Shown here piece after piece: positions 16,634-25,760 of a stretch of 45,161 nucleotides of DNA. Position 1 is the stretch's first letter; every line of letters begins with the position of its first letter. The stretch is from Escherichia phage KW1E_UTAR: the sequence record MZ506873, one strand, 5' to 3'. The notes under the pieces were generated by a model. It was not told the origin of the DNA. It did not search any database and saw only the letters and a list, made by a program, of their open reading frames with translations. Both the position numbers and the translations under genes were made by a program.

Positions 16634-16803
16634 AGGCTCTGTTCTGGATCGTGGTTTTCGGTCTACTGTTCTTAATGGCTGGCCTTGAGTCAAACAGTCG
16701 CCGTGAACGTTGCGAAGTCGACATGGCAAAGCAGCTACACAGCGAAGCCATTTATCAGCATGGTGAATGTATTGTGAAAGGATGGGGCAAGGTTCGACTA
16801 TAG
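16630..16803 (+). CDS. 57-aa small membrane protein (tentative)
   Basis: Hand-translated MKALFWIVVFGLLFLMAGLE...; ATGA overlap with upstream micro-ORF. Confidence 0.35.
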   Translation: MKALFWIVVFGLLFLMAGLESNSRRERCEVDMAKQLHSEAIYQHGECIVKGWGKVRL

Positions 16804-16823
16804 CCACCAACCTGTAATAGAAT

Positions 16824-16856
16824 GGCCCCATTGATTTAACCTCATGGGGCCTTTTT
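16824..16856 (+). terminator. rho-independent terminator directly upstream of the terminase large subunit gene
   Basis: GGCCCCA-...-TGGGGCC hairpin followed by TTTTT; terminase ATG follows at 16858. Confidence 0.55.
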
Positions 16857-16857
16857 C

Positions 16858-18207
16858 ATGTCCACAGTTTCAGACCTGTCCTCATTCACAGAACTGACCC
16901 TTACGCCGCCACAGTGGGAATTCCTACAGCTTGACTGTAAACATCCGGCATTCGTCGCCGGGTTCGGTACTGGCAAATCCCAGACCCTTGCAGTGTCAGC
17001 AGTCATCGACTCATGCGAAGGCGGGGCCGACTCCCTCGTCGCTATCCTGGAACCAACCTTCGACCTGTGCCGCACGATCGCCGTCCCCCGCGTCCAGCAG
17101 ATCCTGTCTGAACTGGGAATCCGATCGAAGTACAACAAGAGCGACAACACGATCTACACGTCACACGGCGGGGTGGGTGACTTCCTGTTCCGCTCAATGG
17201 ATAACCCTTCCCGACTGGTAGGCTGGGAAGCGTACAGCGCACATCTTGACGAACTGGACACCCTGAAGAAGAAGGACGCAAAAAGCGTATGGCTGGCGAT
17301 GATCGGGCGTACCCGACAGACCGTTCGGGAAGTCAGCCTGATGGACTGGCTGCCGACCACACGACCAGCCAACCGCGTCGCCGCTTACTGTACGCCTGAA
17401 GGGTTTAACTTCCTCTATGGGCGATGGGCGAAGGACAAGGACCGCGCGCGTGATGCTGGCTACGGCATGATCCAGGCTGCGTCCATGTCTAACCCGTTCC
17501 TTCCGCCTGGCTACCTGGACAGCTTGCGAGCCAGTTATGACCCGCAACGCTTCCAGGCGTACGCTGAAGGCAGATTCGTCAACCTGAACGGCGGGTCCAT
17601 CTATCACAAGTTCGATCGCAAGCTGAACGGGTGCGACACGACAATCCAACCGGGCGAACCGCTGACCATCGGGCAGGACTTCAACGTCGGCAAAATGGCC
17701 ACTGTTATCTACGTGGACCGCTGGGGGGATGATGGTCTGGAGGAACTCCACGCCGTCGCGGAAATCAAAGACGGAGTAGACACACCGGACGTGATCGAGA
17801 AGTTAACGGCAGCCTATCCGGGCCACGAATTGAACCTGTACCCGGACGCCAGCGGACAGAACACTTCATCGAAGTCCGCTTCCGTGTCAGACGTCGGCCT
17901 GTTCGAAGAGGCTGGCTTCCTGGTGCATGTCCACGGCTCTAACCCACGCGTCAAGGACCGCGTTATCAGCATGAACACCATGATCTGTGACATGAATGGA
18001 CGCCGTCGCCTGAAGGTGAACGAAAAAGCCTGTCCGACGTTTGCAGACTGTCTGGAGCAACAGATCTACGCGGAGAACGGGGAGCCGGACAAGAAGGGGG
18101 GCAAGGACCATATGAACGATGCTGGCGGCTATCCTGTAGTTTATCGCTTCCCTATTATCCGTGATAAGATGGACGCCTCTGACATGACTATCAGATTCGC
18201 ACGATAA
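16858..18207 (+). CDS. terL: terminase large subunit
   Basis: Walker A-like VAGFGTGKSQT near N-terminus, Walker B-like HLDELD, about 450 aa, directly upstream of portal. Confidence 0.85.
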   Translation: MSTVSDLSSFTELTLTPPQWEFLQLDCKHPAFVAGFGTGKSQTLAVSAVIDSCEGGADSLVAILEPTFDLCRTIAVPRVQQILSELGIRSKYNKSDNTIYTSHGGVGDFLFRSMDNPSRLVGWEAYSAHLDELDTLKKKDAKSVWLAMIGRTRQTVREVSLMDWLPTTRPANRVAAYCTPEGFNFLYGRWAKDKDRARDAGYGMIQAASMSNPFLPPGYLDSLRASYDPQRFQAYAEGRFVNLNGGSIYHKFDRKLNGCDTTIQPGEPLTIGQDFNVGKMATVIYVDRWGDDGLEELHAVAEIKDGVDTPDVIEKLTAAYPGHELNLYPDASGQNTSSKSASVSDVGLFEEAGFLVHVHGSNPRVKDRVISMNTMICDMNGRRRLKVNEKACPTFADCLEQQIYAENGEPDKKGGKDHMNDAGGYPVVYRFPIIRDKMDASDMTIRFAR

Positions 18208-18221
18208 GGAGACAGACCATA

Positions 18222-19691
18222 ATGGCTGAAAATATGAACGTGGACACGAAGCACCCGCTATACACGGAATTCCACCCAGAATACAAACTGGTGGCTGACT
18301 GTGTGGCGGGCGAGCGTCGCATCAAGGCGGGGACCACGCTTTACCTTCCGCGCGTGTCCTCATGGGAAGACCAGCGCTACCTGAATTATATGCTTCGCGC
18401 CCGCTTCATGAACGGGACCGGGCGAACCCTGTCGGCCCTTATCGGTATCGCGATGGAGAAGCCGCTCGGAATCAACATGGACACGCAATTCGACTACCTG
18501 CGCGAAGACAGTGACGGGAAGGGCAAGTCCATCACCCAGCTTTTCCGTGATGCCCTAAGCCAGAACCTTCAGAAAGGGCGCGGCGGGATCCTGCTGGACA
18601 ACACGGCAATCAATGACGGCGAATACATGATCGGCGAGCGCACGATCGCCCAGAACTCAAAGGAACGCTGGGTCCTTCGCCACTTCGACGCGACGCACAT
18701 CATCAACTGGCGCACAGTCAACGGCAAGCTGTCCCTTCTGGTCCTGAAGTACCACGAAGAGATCGAGACAGAGGGCTTCGAGCATGAGCCGATCACCATC
18801 TGGCTGGAGTACCGCATGAAGGGCGGTCGATGCTACGGGCGAATCTGGAAGTCACCGCCAGGCGTCACCACTCCGACGGCTGTGGTAATGGGTACTGGCG
18901 AAGCGGAAACGGACCTGATCCCGCTGTCAATTAAGGGTAAGGCCCTAGATCATATCCCGTTCGCCTGGTACGGTTCGGAGAACAATGACGAGATCCCGGA
19001 CACGCCGCCTCTGGCTGACCTTGCGCGCCTGAACGTGGGCCACTATCAGGCCGACGCCGATATCGCTGAATCAGCATTCCAGGCCGGGCAACCTACAATC
19101 ACCATTTCCGGGCTGTCGGAAGCATGGGCGAAGAACTTCATGAAGAAGGGCGTGGAAGTGGGTTCGACGGAAGCCGTACTTCTGCCAGCTAACGCAAAAA
19201 TGGAGATCGTCCAGGCGAAGGAAACCACGGCATCTACAAAGCGCCAGGAAGCGCTGGAAACTCAGATGGCTAAGATGGGTGCGAAGTTCATCGAACGCGG
19301 CGCAGGGAACCGCACAGCGACCCAGGCGAGCGACGAAGCGCAGACGGACAATTCCATCCTGTCGCAATGCGTCGGGAACGTCGAAGCAGCTATCAACCTG
19401 GCTATGTCTTGGGTGGGCGCTGGCGAGATCACCGCGAACAAACGCTTCGTTGCCATTCAGGTAGACAGTCAGGCTCTGGTGGCTATGATGTCGGCAGTTC
19501 AGGCGAACCTGATGACCATCGAAGACTTCGTCCGCTGGCAGCAGCAGATCGGCCTTGCAGACCCGAACGCGACCGTCGAACAGATCGTCACCCAATTACG
19601 GAACCAGGTTATCGACCTGCCGGACAGTGACTTCACCGACGTGACCGACAAGGACGCGAAGACCACAACCGAAGAGGATGACGCGGAATAA
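18222..19691 (+). CDS. portal protein
   Basis: 489 aa immediately after terminase large subunit; strong RBS AAGGAG; acidic C-terminus. Confidence 0.75.
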   Translation: MAENMNVDTKHPLYTEFHPEYKLVADCVAGERRIKAGTTLYLPRVSSWEDQRYLNYMLRARFMNGTGRTLSALIGIAMEKPLGINMDTQFDYLREDSDGKGKSITQLFRDALSQNLQKGRGGILLDNTAINDGEYMIGERTIAQNSKERWVLRHFDATHIINWRTVNGKLSLLVLKYHEEIETEGFEHEPITIWLEYRMKGGRCYGRIWKSPPGVTTPTAVVMGTGEAETDLIPLSIKGKALDHIPFAWYGSENNDEIPDTPPLADLARLNVGHYQADADIAESAFQAGQPTITISGLSEAWAKNFMKKGVEVGSTEAVLLPANAKMEIVQAKETTASTKRQEALETQMAKMGAKFIERGAGNRTATQASDEAQTDNSILSQCVGNVEAAINLAMSWVGAGEITANKRFVAIQVDSQALVAMMSAVQANLMTIEDFVRWQQQIGLADPNATVEQIVTQLRNQVIDLPDSDFTDVTDKDAKTTTEEDDAE

Positions 19692-20809
19692 TGGCGAAAT
19701 CAGTCAATCAACGACTGGCAGACGAGGCGGTTAAACACCGCCTTTATCTGGCCCGTTACGGAACCGGGACCGCGCGCAAGATGCAAGCGGCGATGAAAAA
19801 GGCCGAACTGGAAATCAGTGTCCAGCTATTCCGCGCGCTTGAACAGGTTCAGCCCACAGCGATGAACTGGAACCAGCGCCACCTGGCGCAGATCAAGAAG
19901 TCCATCCAGAAGACCGTGTTCAGCGTATACGAACAGGTCTTCGGTCAGCTTAACGCAGACCTGAAGGAGCTAGTCCAGTATGAAGCGAAATATCAGGCGG
20001 CGAATCTCGCGTCAGCGATCCCTCTGGAGGCTCAACCGTTCGTGAACATCCAGTCGACGACGTGGTCACAGGTCTGGGCGTCAGCCACGGCGAAGCCATT
20101 CCAGGGCGCTCTTCTGAAGGAGTGGGCCGACCGTCTGCCGGAAGCGCTGGTCAACAAGATCGGTAACGCTGTCCAGCAGGGCGTGTTACTGGGCGAAAGC
20201 TACACCGATATCATCAAGCGCGTGAAGGGAACGAAGCAAGCAGGGTATGAAGACGGCGTCGTCGGGCGTCAGCGCAAGGGCGATCTGGCTAACCTGGTGA
20301 AGACCGCCGTGAACCATGTCACCGCTGAAGCGCGTGAAGAAACAGCGAAGGTGAACGAGGACATCATCCGGGCGCGGGAATGGCTATCCACTCTGGACAC
20401 GCACACATCGCCGATGTGCATCATTCGCGATCGCCTGATGTACACCGCTGGCAGCAAGCCGAAGCCAATCGGACACAGCATTCCATACGGGGCTGGACCT
20501 GGGAGGCTTCACTTCTGCTGTCGCTCCACTGAAACGTGGGTCATCAAGTCGTGGGAAGAGTTGGGTATTCCAATGAAGGAGCTGTCACCGGGTACGCGCG
20601 CCAGCATGAACGGGCAGGTCCCGGCAAACATGACCTATTCGAAGTGGCTGGCCCGACAGGACTACTCCACACAGGAGCAAGTATTGGGCGTGACCCGCGC
20701 GCAGATGCTACGCGACGGCAAGATCGACGTCCCTGATCTGTTCGGTGATAAGGGCGAATGGCTGACTCTGAAGCAACTGGCGGAATTAGACAGGATTACA
20801 GATTCGTAA
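19691..20809 (+). CDS. head morphogenesis protein (Mu F / SPP1 gp7-like)
   Basis: Position after portal; HTSPMCIIRD resembles the conserved Cys motif of MuF-like proteins. Confidence 0.7.
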   Translation: MAKSVNQRLADEAVKHRLYLARYGTGTARKMQAAMKKAELEISVQLFRALEQVQPTAMNWNQRHLAQIKKSIQKTVFSVYEQVFGQLNADLKELVQYEAKYQAANLASAIPLEAQPFVNIQSTTWSQVWASATAKPFQGALLKEWADRLPEALVNKIGNAVQQGVLLGESYTDIIKRVKGTKQAGYEDGVVGRQRKGDLANLVKTAVNHVTAEAREETAKVNEDIIRAREWLSTLDTHTSPMCIIRDRLMYTAGSKPKPIGHSIPYGAGPGRLHFCCRSTETWVIKSWEELGIPMKELSPGTRASMNGQVPANMTYSKWLARQDYSTQEQVLGVTRAQMLRDGKIDVPDLFGDKGEWLTLKQLAELDRITDS

Positions 20810-20819
20810 TAAATAATCC

Positions 20820-20847
20820 TTGACGTTGTATTCGTGGTAAGTAATAA
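20820..20847 (+). promoter_or_regulatory. sigma70-like promoter (TTGACG-N16-TAATAA), copy B of the duplicated 42-bp element
   Basis: 34 of 42 nt identical to 13511-13552, including the 21-mer CGTAATAAATAATCCTTGACG. Confidence 0.5.
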
Positions 20848-20879
20848 TCCCTCCCAGACATCAACCGGAGGGATTTTTT
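20848..20879 (+). terminator. hairpin plus T6 (terminator or attenuator) that sequesters the SD of the downstream gene
   Basis: TCCCTCC-cagacatcaacc-GGAGGGA then TTTTTT then ATG 20880; the 3' arm contains the GGAGGG RBS. Confidence 0.45.
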
Positions 20880-21110
20880 ATGGAGCGTAACGAGCGGTTA
20901 GCCCGCGAAGCCGTCATCATGCTGGAAAAGGAAGCTATGAACCTGCTTACCAACTTCCGCCAGGCCATACCGAAGCTGGGCGCGCAAGGCGGTGATCAGG
21001 GTGATAGTGACTGGGCTGACGTCAAGCTGTGCGAAATGGCAATGAACCGCATTGTCCGCGATCTGCGCTACATCATTCAACGTAACAACTGGTTAATCAA
21101 AGGTGAATAA
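20880..21110 (+). CDS. hypothetical protein
   Basis: 76-aa ORF downstream of the promoter/hairpin. Confidence 0.5.
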   Translation: MERNERLAREAVIMLEKEAMNLLTNFRQAIPKLGAQGGDQGDSDWADVKLCEMAMNRIVRDLRYIIQRNNWLIKGE

Positions 21111-21111
21111 C

Positions 21112-22134
21112 ATGGAACTTCAGAATCAATTCGGCATCAACGAACTAAACGTCATCGGCGCATACGCTAACTACAACGCCGCGCTGAACATCAACGTCGC
21201 AAGCTTCAACGTTCACGACGTCGCGGCAGCGGTCCAGATCGCACTTCAGGCCGACGGACTTCGCCAGCAGGTCGGCGAATCGGTGGAAGCTATCGAGAAG
21301 GTAACGCGCGATCATGCCGCTGAAGTTAACGGTATGCAGGAGAAGCTAACCGACGCAGAGATTCGCGTTAAGGAAGCTCGAAATGACACTCGCAAGGCCG
21401 AAGCGTACAGCGAGGAACTCAGCAAAGAACTGAACTCACTGCGCGAAAACCTGGCGTCCATGACAGAATTGAAGGTTAAGTTCAGTCTACTGTCATCCAC
21501 GCACTTCGAGAACGTTGAGTTCATTCGCGGACTGCTGAACATTGGCGAAGAAGTAGGTGACGAACAGTTCCGCGAAGTGGCGAAGGGCATCGTCGACGGC
21601 CTCAAGACGAGCGAGCAGAACCGGACGAAGGCCGCCATCTACTGGTACGACGCATTGCAGAAGGTTCACGAAGCTGTCGGCGGCGATGAAGTAATCGACT
21701 CTGATGGGCTGGGCGATGACGACTTCGTCAACACACTGCGCGATCATGTGGCATCACTTCGCAGTGCGGCAGAAAGCAAGCGCGACGACACGGCGATGAT
21801 CACCCTGAAGACCATCCTGAATATTCTGGATATCGATGTCGGATATCAGACCGAAAACATGCTGGAAATGGTTCGCGGTATCAAAGAGCGATCTGACAGA
21901 TACAACGCTCAAGAATGCGAATGGAAGCGCAACTATAACGAACTGTGCAACGCGCTGGGCGTAGACAGCGTAATTCATGCTGACGTCATAGACGAGGCGA
22001 AGAAGGATGTCGAGAGGCACAAGAAGCAGGAGAACTATCAGCGCAAATATAACGAACTGAAGGGCGCTTGTGGTCTTGCTGGAATGGTTCATGATGTAGC
22101 CGTTCGAATGGCTACTGAAAACCCGGTACGCTAA
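21112..22134 (+). CDS. coiled-coil protein of unknown function
   Basis: 340 aa, heptad-rich and Glu/Lys-rich; start chosen at ATG 21112 after AAAGGTGA (track GTG 21103). Confidence 0.55.
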   Translation: MELQNQFGINELNVIGAYANYNAALNINVASFNVHDVAAAVQIALQADGLRQQVGESVEAIEKVTRDHAAEVNGMQEKLTDAEIRVKEARNDTRKAEAYSEELSKELNSLRENLASMTELKVKFSLLSSTHFENVEFIRGLLNIGEEVGDEQFREVAKGIVDGLKTSEQNRTKAAIYWYDALQKVHEAVGGDEVIDSDGLGDDDFVNTLRDHVASLRSAAESKRDDTAMITLKTILNILDIDVGYQTENMLEMVRGIKERSDRYNAQECEWKRNYNELCNALGVDSVIHADVIDEAKKDVERHKKQENYQRKYNELKGACGLAGMVHDVAVRMATENPVR

Positions 22135-22152
22135 CAGATCTACCAATATTTG

Positions 22153-22180
22153 ACGCCTCCTTCTGGGGGCGTTATTATTT
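22153..22180 (+). terminator. terminator candidate
   Basis: ACGCCTCC-ttct-GGGGGCGT stem with one G-U pair followed by TATTATTT. Confidence 0.4.
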
Positions 22181-22373
22181 CCACGCATCCCGAACCCGAC
22201 AAGGTGGCATTTATGGACGAGTGCTTCCGGGGTGCATTCATTAGCGTCTTGACCCGGTGAAAAAAGCACTGGTTCGTACGGGACGACGCAGCCAGCAGGA
22301 CGCTAATGAATAGGGGTTAGGCTCCTGTTAATCGTGGTTAGGCCACAAAAACTGACATTCACAAGGTGAACCG

Positions 22374-23075
22374 ATGAAACTGACTAAGGCACAATGGGAA
22401 GCGTTACCGGACGGGCTTAAGGCTCTGTATAAGGCGACGGGCGAAGACACTTATGAACCGACGTTCATCACGGCAGAAGATCACGAACAGTCGATCACTG
22501 GCCTGAAGAAGAAAAACGAAGAACTGATCGGCAAAGATAAGGCGTCACGCGAAGCAGCAGCAGCGGCGGAAGCTGAACGTCTGCGCATCGAAGAAGAAGC
22601 CAACCGCAAAAACGGTAATGTGGAAGCGCTGGACGCATCCTGGAAGAAGAAGTTCGAAGAGCAAGAAAACCAGTTTAAGACTGAACTTGCTGGTCGCGAC
22701 GCGTTTATCACTAAGACTCTGGTGGACGCGAAGGCTTCAGAACTGGCTTCTACTCTGGGTCGCGACTCTGCCGCTGTATTACTGCCGCACATCAAGCCAC
22801 GCCTGTCTGTGGAGAAGGGCGAAGACGGAAGTTATTCGACCCGCATCCTGGATAAGGACGGCAAACCATCGGCGCTGACCTTTGAGGAACTGGAAAAGGA
22901 ATTCCGAAGCGATAAGGCATTCGCTGGCGTTATCACAGAACCATCCAGTTCAGGACTGGGCGGGGGCCTTCGTGATACCGGAACGCCATCAAAGGACGCA
23001 GGTAAGGACCTCATGGGAAGCCTGTCAGGTAACAGCAACATGTTAGCCGAAGCGATGAAGCTTGCGGCAGACTAA
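22374..23075 (+). CDS. scaffolding protein (tentative)
   Basis: Ala/Glu/Lys-rich alpha-helical protein immediately upstream of the major capsid gene. Confidence 0.6.
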   Translation: MKLTKAQWEALPDGLKALYKATGEDTYEPTFITAEDHEQSITGLKKKNEELIGKDKASREAAAAAEAERLRIEEEANRKNGNVEALDASWKKKFEEQENQFKTELAGRDAFITKTLVDAKASELASTLGRDSAAVLLPHIKPRLSVEKGEDGSYSTRILDKDGKPSALTFEELEKEFRSDKAFAGVITEPSSSGLGGGLRDTGTPSKDAGKDLMGSLSGNSNMLAEAMKLAAD

Positions 23076-23132
23076 CCAATCCGATAATATTAGCGGGTCT
23101 TAAATGTGGCCCGCTTAACAGGAGTTAACAGC

Positions 23133-24269
23133 ATGTCATTAACCGTATTGCAGTCAAAAGTTCAGACCGTAGCGACTCAGCTACTGGCAAACCAGCTTAA
23201 CGTGTGGAACGCCGCTTCAGGCGGTACGCTCGTTATGGGTTCAAACGTCCAGATCAATGACCTGGTGGAAACTCTTTCATGGGGCCTGATTGACGGTCTT
23301 GTGTCCGAGCGCAACGCGTTCGCCGCTCCGGGTACTCCGGCAGACCAGAAGGTCATGGCTCAAATGCTGGCTAACACCGTCAAGCTGGACGGCAAAGTCG
23401 GCCCTCTGGTCATCACCTCCGGCATGTTGGCGAAGCTGAATACTTCCATGCAGCAGATCGCGGCAGTGGTAGCTACCCAGGCAGCGCAGGGCATGATCGC
23501 CAGCTTCGTCGGTACTTCAGCGAAGGCACTGAAAGCGGCTATCAAGTCCGGCGCTTACCCTGGCGTTGTGACCGTTCAGCCAGCTAACGTGGCAACTGGT
23601 CGCATTCCGGTGGGCGCTAAGTTCCCAACCCTGATCGACCTGACCCTGGCGACCGTTCCGTTCGGCGATCGTGCTTCAGACATTCGCGCGTGGCTGATGT
23701 CCGGCGCTCAGTATACCTACTTCCAGGCATACGACGTTCTGACCAACCCGACCGAACTGTTCACCATCGACAAAGTACGCATCATGCAGGATGCATCTGG
23801 TCGCATGTTCATCGTTACCGATCAGGGTGATCTGGGTGATGATATCCTGGGTCTGACTCAGGGCGCGGCAATCCTGAACGCTGGCGCGCTGTCTATGGCT
23901 GGCGGTACTGTTCTGGGTGAAGAGAACATCAAGAACGTTCTTCAGGGCGAATTCTCTTATGACCTGGCTATCAAAGGTTATAAGCTGAAGTCATCCGCGA
24001 CCGCTAAGGCTGGTTCCGCTTCCTTCAACATCGCCGACGTGACCAACTCCGCTAACTGGGAGAAGATCGCGAACGCTGGCGTCGATAACGCTCCGGCATC
24101 CTTCGACGGCGCTGTCACTGACATCGTTGGCGGCGGCAAAGGTGGCTCCACTGGTGTGCTGACCCAGCAGGACGCACAGGCACAGATTCCAGTGGATGTG
24201 AAGAACTCCGCTGGTGTCATCCTGACGCTGACCGCTACAGAGGCCCCGGCTACTGGTGGCGGCGCTTAA
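23133..24269 (+). CDS. major capsid protein
   Basis: Position after scaffold, strong RBS AGGAG, followed by a strong terminator; start chosen at ATG 23133 (track 23106). Confidence 0.8.
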   Translation: MSLTVLQSKVQTVATQLLANQLNVWNAASGGTLVMGSNVQINDLVETLSWGLIDGLVSERNAFAAPGTPADQKVMAQMLANTVKLDGKVGPLVITSGMLAKLNTSMQQIAAVVATQAAQGMIASFVGTSAKALKAAIKSGAYPGVVTVQPANVATGRIPVGAKFPTLIDLTLATVPFGDRASDIRAWLMSGAQYTYFQAYDVLTNPTELFTIDKVRIMQDASGRMFIVTDQGDLGDDILGLTQGAAILNAGALSMAGGTVLGEENIKNVLQGEFSYDLAIKGYKLKSSATAKAGSASFNIADVTNSANWEKIANAGVDNAPASFDGAVTDIVGGGKGGSTGVLTQQDAQAQIPVDVKNSAGVILTLTATEAPATGGGA

Positions 24270-24288
24270 TAGCATCGTGCAAAATATA

Positions 24289-24310
24289 AACCCGCTTCGG
24301 CGGGTTTTTT
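24289..24310 (+). terminator. rho-independent terminator after the major capsid gene
   Basis: AACCCGC-ttcg-GCGGGTT hairpin followed by TTTTTT. Confidence 0.7.
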
Positions 24311-24346
24311 GCTATTATCGGGACGTAATTTAACGGAGGGTTAAGC

Positions 24347-24793
24347 ATGATCGGAACTATACCGGAATTAATCGTCTACGCCTCAGCGCGCGGACAGTCG
24401 ATCGAAGACACCGAAGGCGGCGTCGCGCTCGTCAAGGCTAACGACTATCTTTCTGGCCTGTGCTGGATTGGCTCCCCTGTCGACGAAGACCAGGATGACC
24501 CGTTCCCTCGCATCATCAAAGGTCAGCAGGTGGAAACGCCGAAGAAAGTCATCACGGCAGCCTACCGCCTGGCTATGGCATCGGCTGAAGGGGTTGAGCT
24601 TGAGCAGATCACGGAAGGCGGCGCGCAGGTAATCGAAGAGCGTGTCGAAGGAGCTATCACGATGAAGTACGCGGAAGCGACCATCGGCAGCGCTGCCAGC
24701 TTCCCCTGGCTTGAATCACTGGTCGGCACCTGGGTGGATGACTCTTGTGGTCAGAACTCTCTGGCTTGCAACGTATCGGTGAGAAGGGGTTAA
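24347..24793 (+). CDS. head-tail connector (adaptor) protein, tentative
   Basis: 148 aa, first gene after capsid; RBS GGAGGG. Confidence 0.5.
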   Translation: MIGTIPELIVYASARGQSIEDTEGGVALVKANDYLSGLCWIGSPVDEDQDDPFPRIIKGQQVETPKKVITAAYRLAMASAEGVELEQITEGGAQVIEERVEGAITMKYAEATIGSAASFPWLESLVGTWVDDSCGQNSLACNVSVRRG

Positions 24794-24795
24794 TC

Positions 24796-25158
24796 GTGGC
24801 TATCAACTACACAGCGTTAACGCGACGAATCCGCAAGCTGCTTAAGGCAAACGGCAAGCCTTACAACATTACCCGGAAGGGGCTTGTATACCGCAACAAC
24901 GACGGCGACGAAATCAAAGAGGATGACCGCGTCTATAGTTCGATCGGGATCCTGACGTCGTTCAGTCTGTACGAGCGCGCTGGGTCAACTGTGGAAGCTG
25001 GAGACATGAAGTTCATCTGTGTGATTCCGCCCACGGAAGTAATGGCGATTGGCGACGTGGTGGACATTAACGGGACCATGTGGCGAGTAGAGGACCCGCG
25101 CGCAGTACGTCCGAACGGTTCAGATATGTGCTATCTGGCACAGGTCCGCCTGTTATGA
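24796..25158 (+). CDS. head-tail joining / head closure protein, tentative
   Basis: GTG start 6 nt after AAGGGG (ORF-track frame 24745..25158); position. Confidence 0.45.
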   Translation: MAINYTALTRRIRKLLKANGKPYNITRKGLVYRNNDGDEIKEDDRVYSSIGILTSFSLYERAGSTVEAGDMKFICVIPPTEVMAIGDVVDINGTMWRVEDPRAVRPNGSDMCYLAQVRLL

Positions 25159-25760
25159 TGGGGCCTATGCCGCGCTCAAAGTTCGGCCTTGCCGTCCGGC
25201 AGTGGGCCGAACAGGTTGAGGAACGACAGGAGGAAGTGACACGCATCGCGATCTTTAAAGTGTTTGCGCGAATCGTGGAACGCTCCCCAGTCGGGAACCC
25301 TGATCTGTGGAAGGTGAACACTGACGCGGCGGCCTATAACCGGGCCGTCATTCAGCACAATGACACGCTACGTCAGGACCCGGACAATATCAGCAAGAAC
25401 GGAAGACTGAAGCCGGGCCGCAAGGTTCATGACTCAATGGACATCAAGAAGCCTGATGGTTACACAGGCGGACGATTCAGGGGGAACTGGCAGATCGGGT
25501 TAGACACCCTGCCTACAGAAGAGACTGGCAGGATCGACAAGACCGGGTCGCGTACCCTGAACGCCGGAATGTCAGTTCTTGAACAGTTCAGAGTGGGGCA
25601 GGTTCAGACGATCTACATCGCGAATAACGTTCCGTATGCTATCCCGCTGGAGTACGGGCATTCAAAACAGGCCCCGAACGGAATGGTCAGGCTGTCAGTG
25701 ATGGAATTCACTGACGCAATGGAAGAGGCGCTTCGTGAAGCGAAGAAGGTGACAACATGA
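25155..25760 (+). CDS. neck / tail completion protein, tentative
   Basis: Start ATG 25155 in ATGA overlap (track 25080); position between head-tail and tail genes. Confidence 0.45.
   Translation: MMGPMPRSKFGLAVRQWAEQVEERQEEVTRIAIFKVFARIVERSPVGNPDLWKVNTDAAAYNRAVIQHNDTLRQDPDNISKNGRLKPGRKVHDSMDIKKPDGYTGGRFRGNWQIGLDTLPTEETGRIDKTGSRTLNAGMSVLEQFRVGQVQTIYIANNVPYAIPLEYGHSKQAPNGMVRLSVMEFTDAMEEALREAKKVTT

Noticed and set aside
17194-17751. Minus-strand 185-aa ORF inside the terminase large subunit gene
   Set aside because: Antisense to a gene with Walker motifs and clear context; no independent signals.
19071-19595. Minus-strand 174-aa ORF inside the portal gene
   Set aside because: Antisense overlap with portal; no RBS; unusual Arg/Cys/His-rich composition typical of spurious frames.
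22150-22180. TTGACG hexamer at 22150 as a fifth member of the promoter family
   Set aside because: The spacer is occupied by a GC hairpin and the -10 candidate TTATTA is poor; read more plausibly as the terminator of the 21112..22134 gene.
24786-24796. 11-mer GTTAATCGTGG shared between 22324 and 24786 as a regulatory motif
   Set aside because: Exact 11-mer repeats are expected by chance many times in a 45-kb genome; no extended similarity around them.
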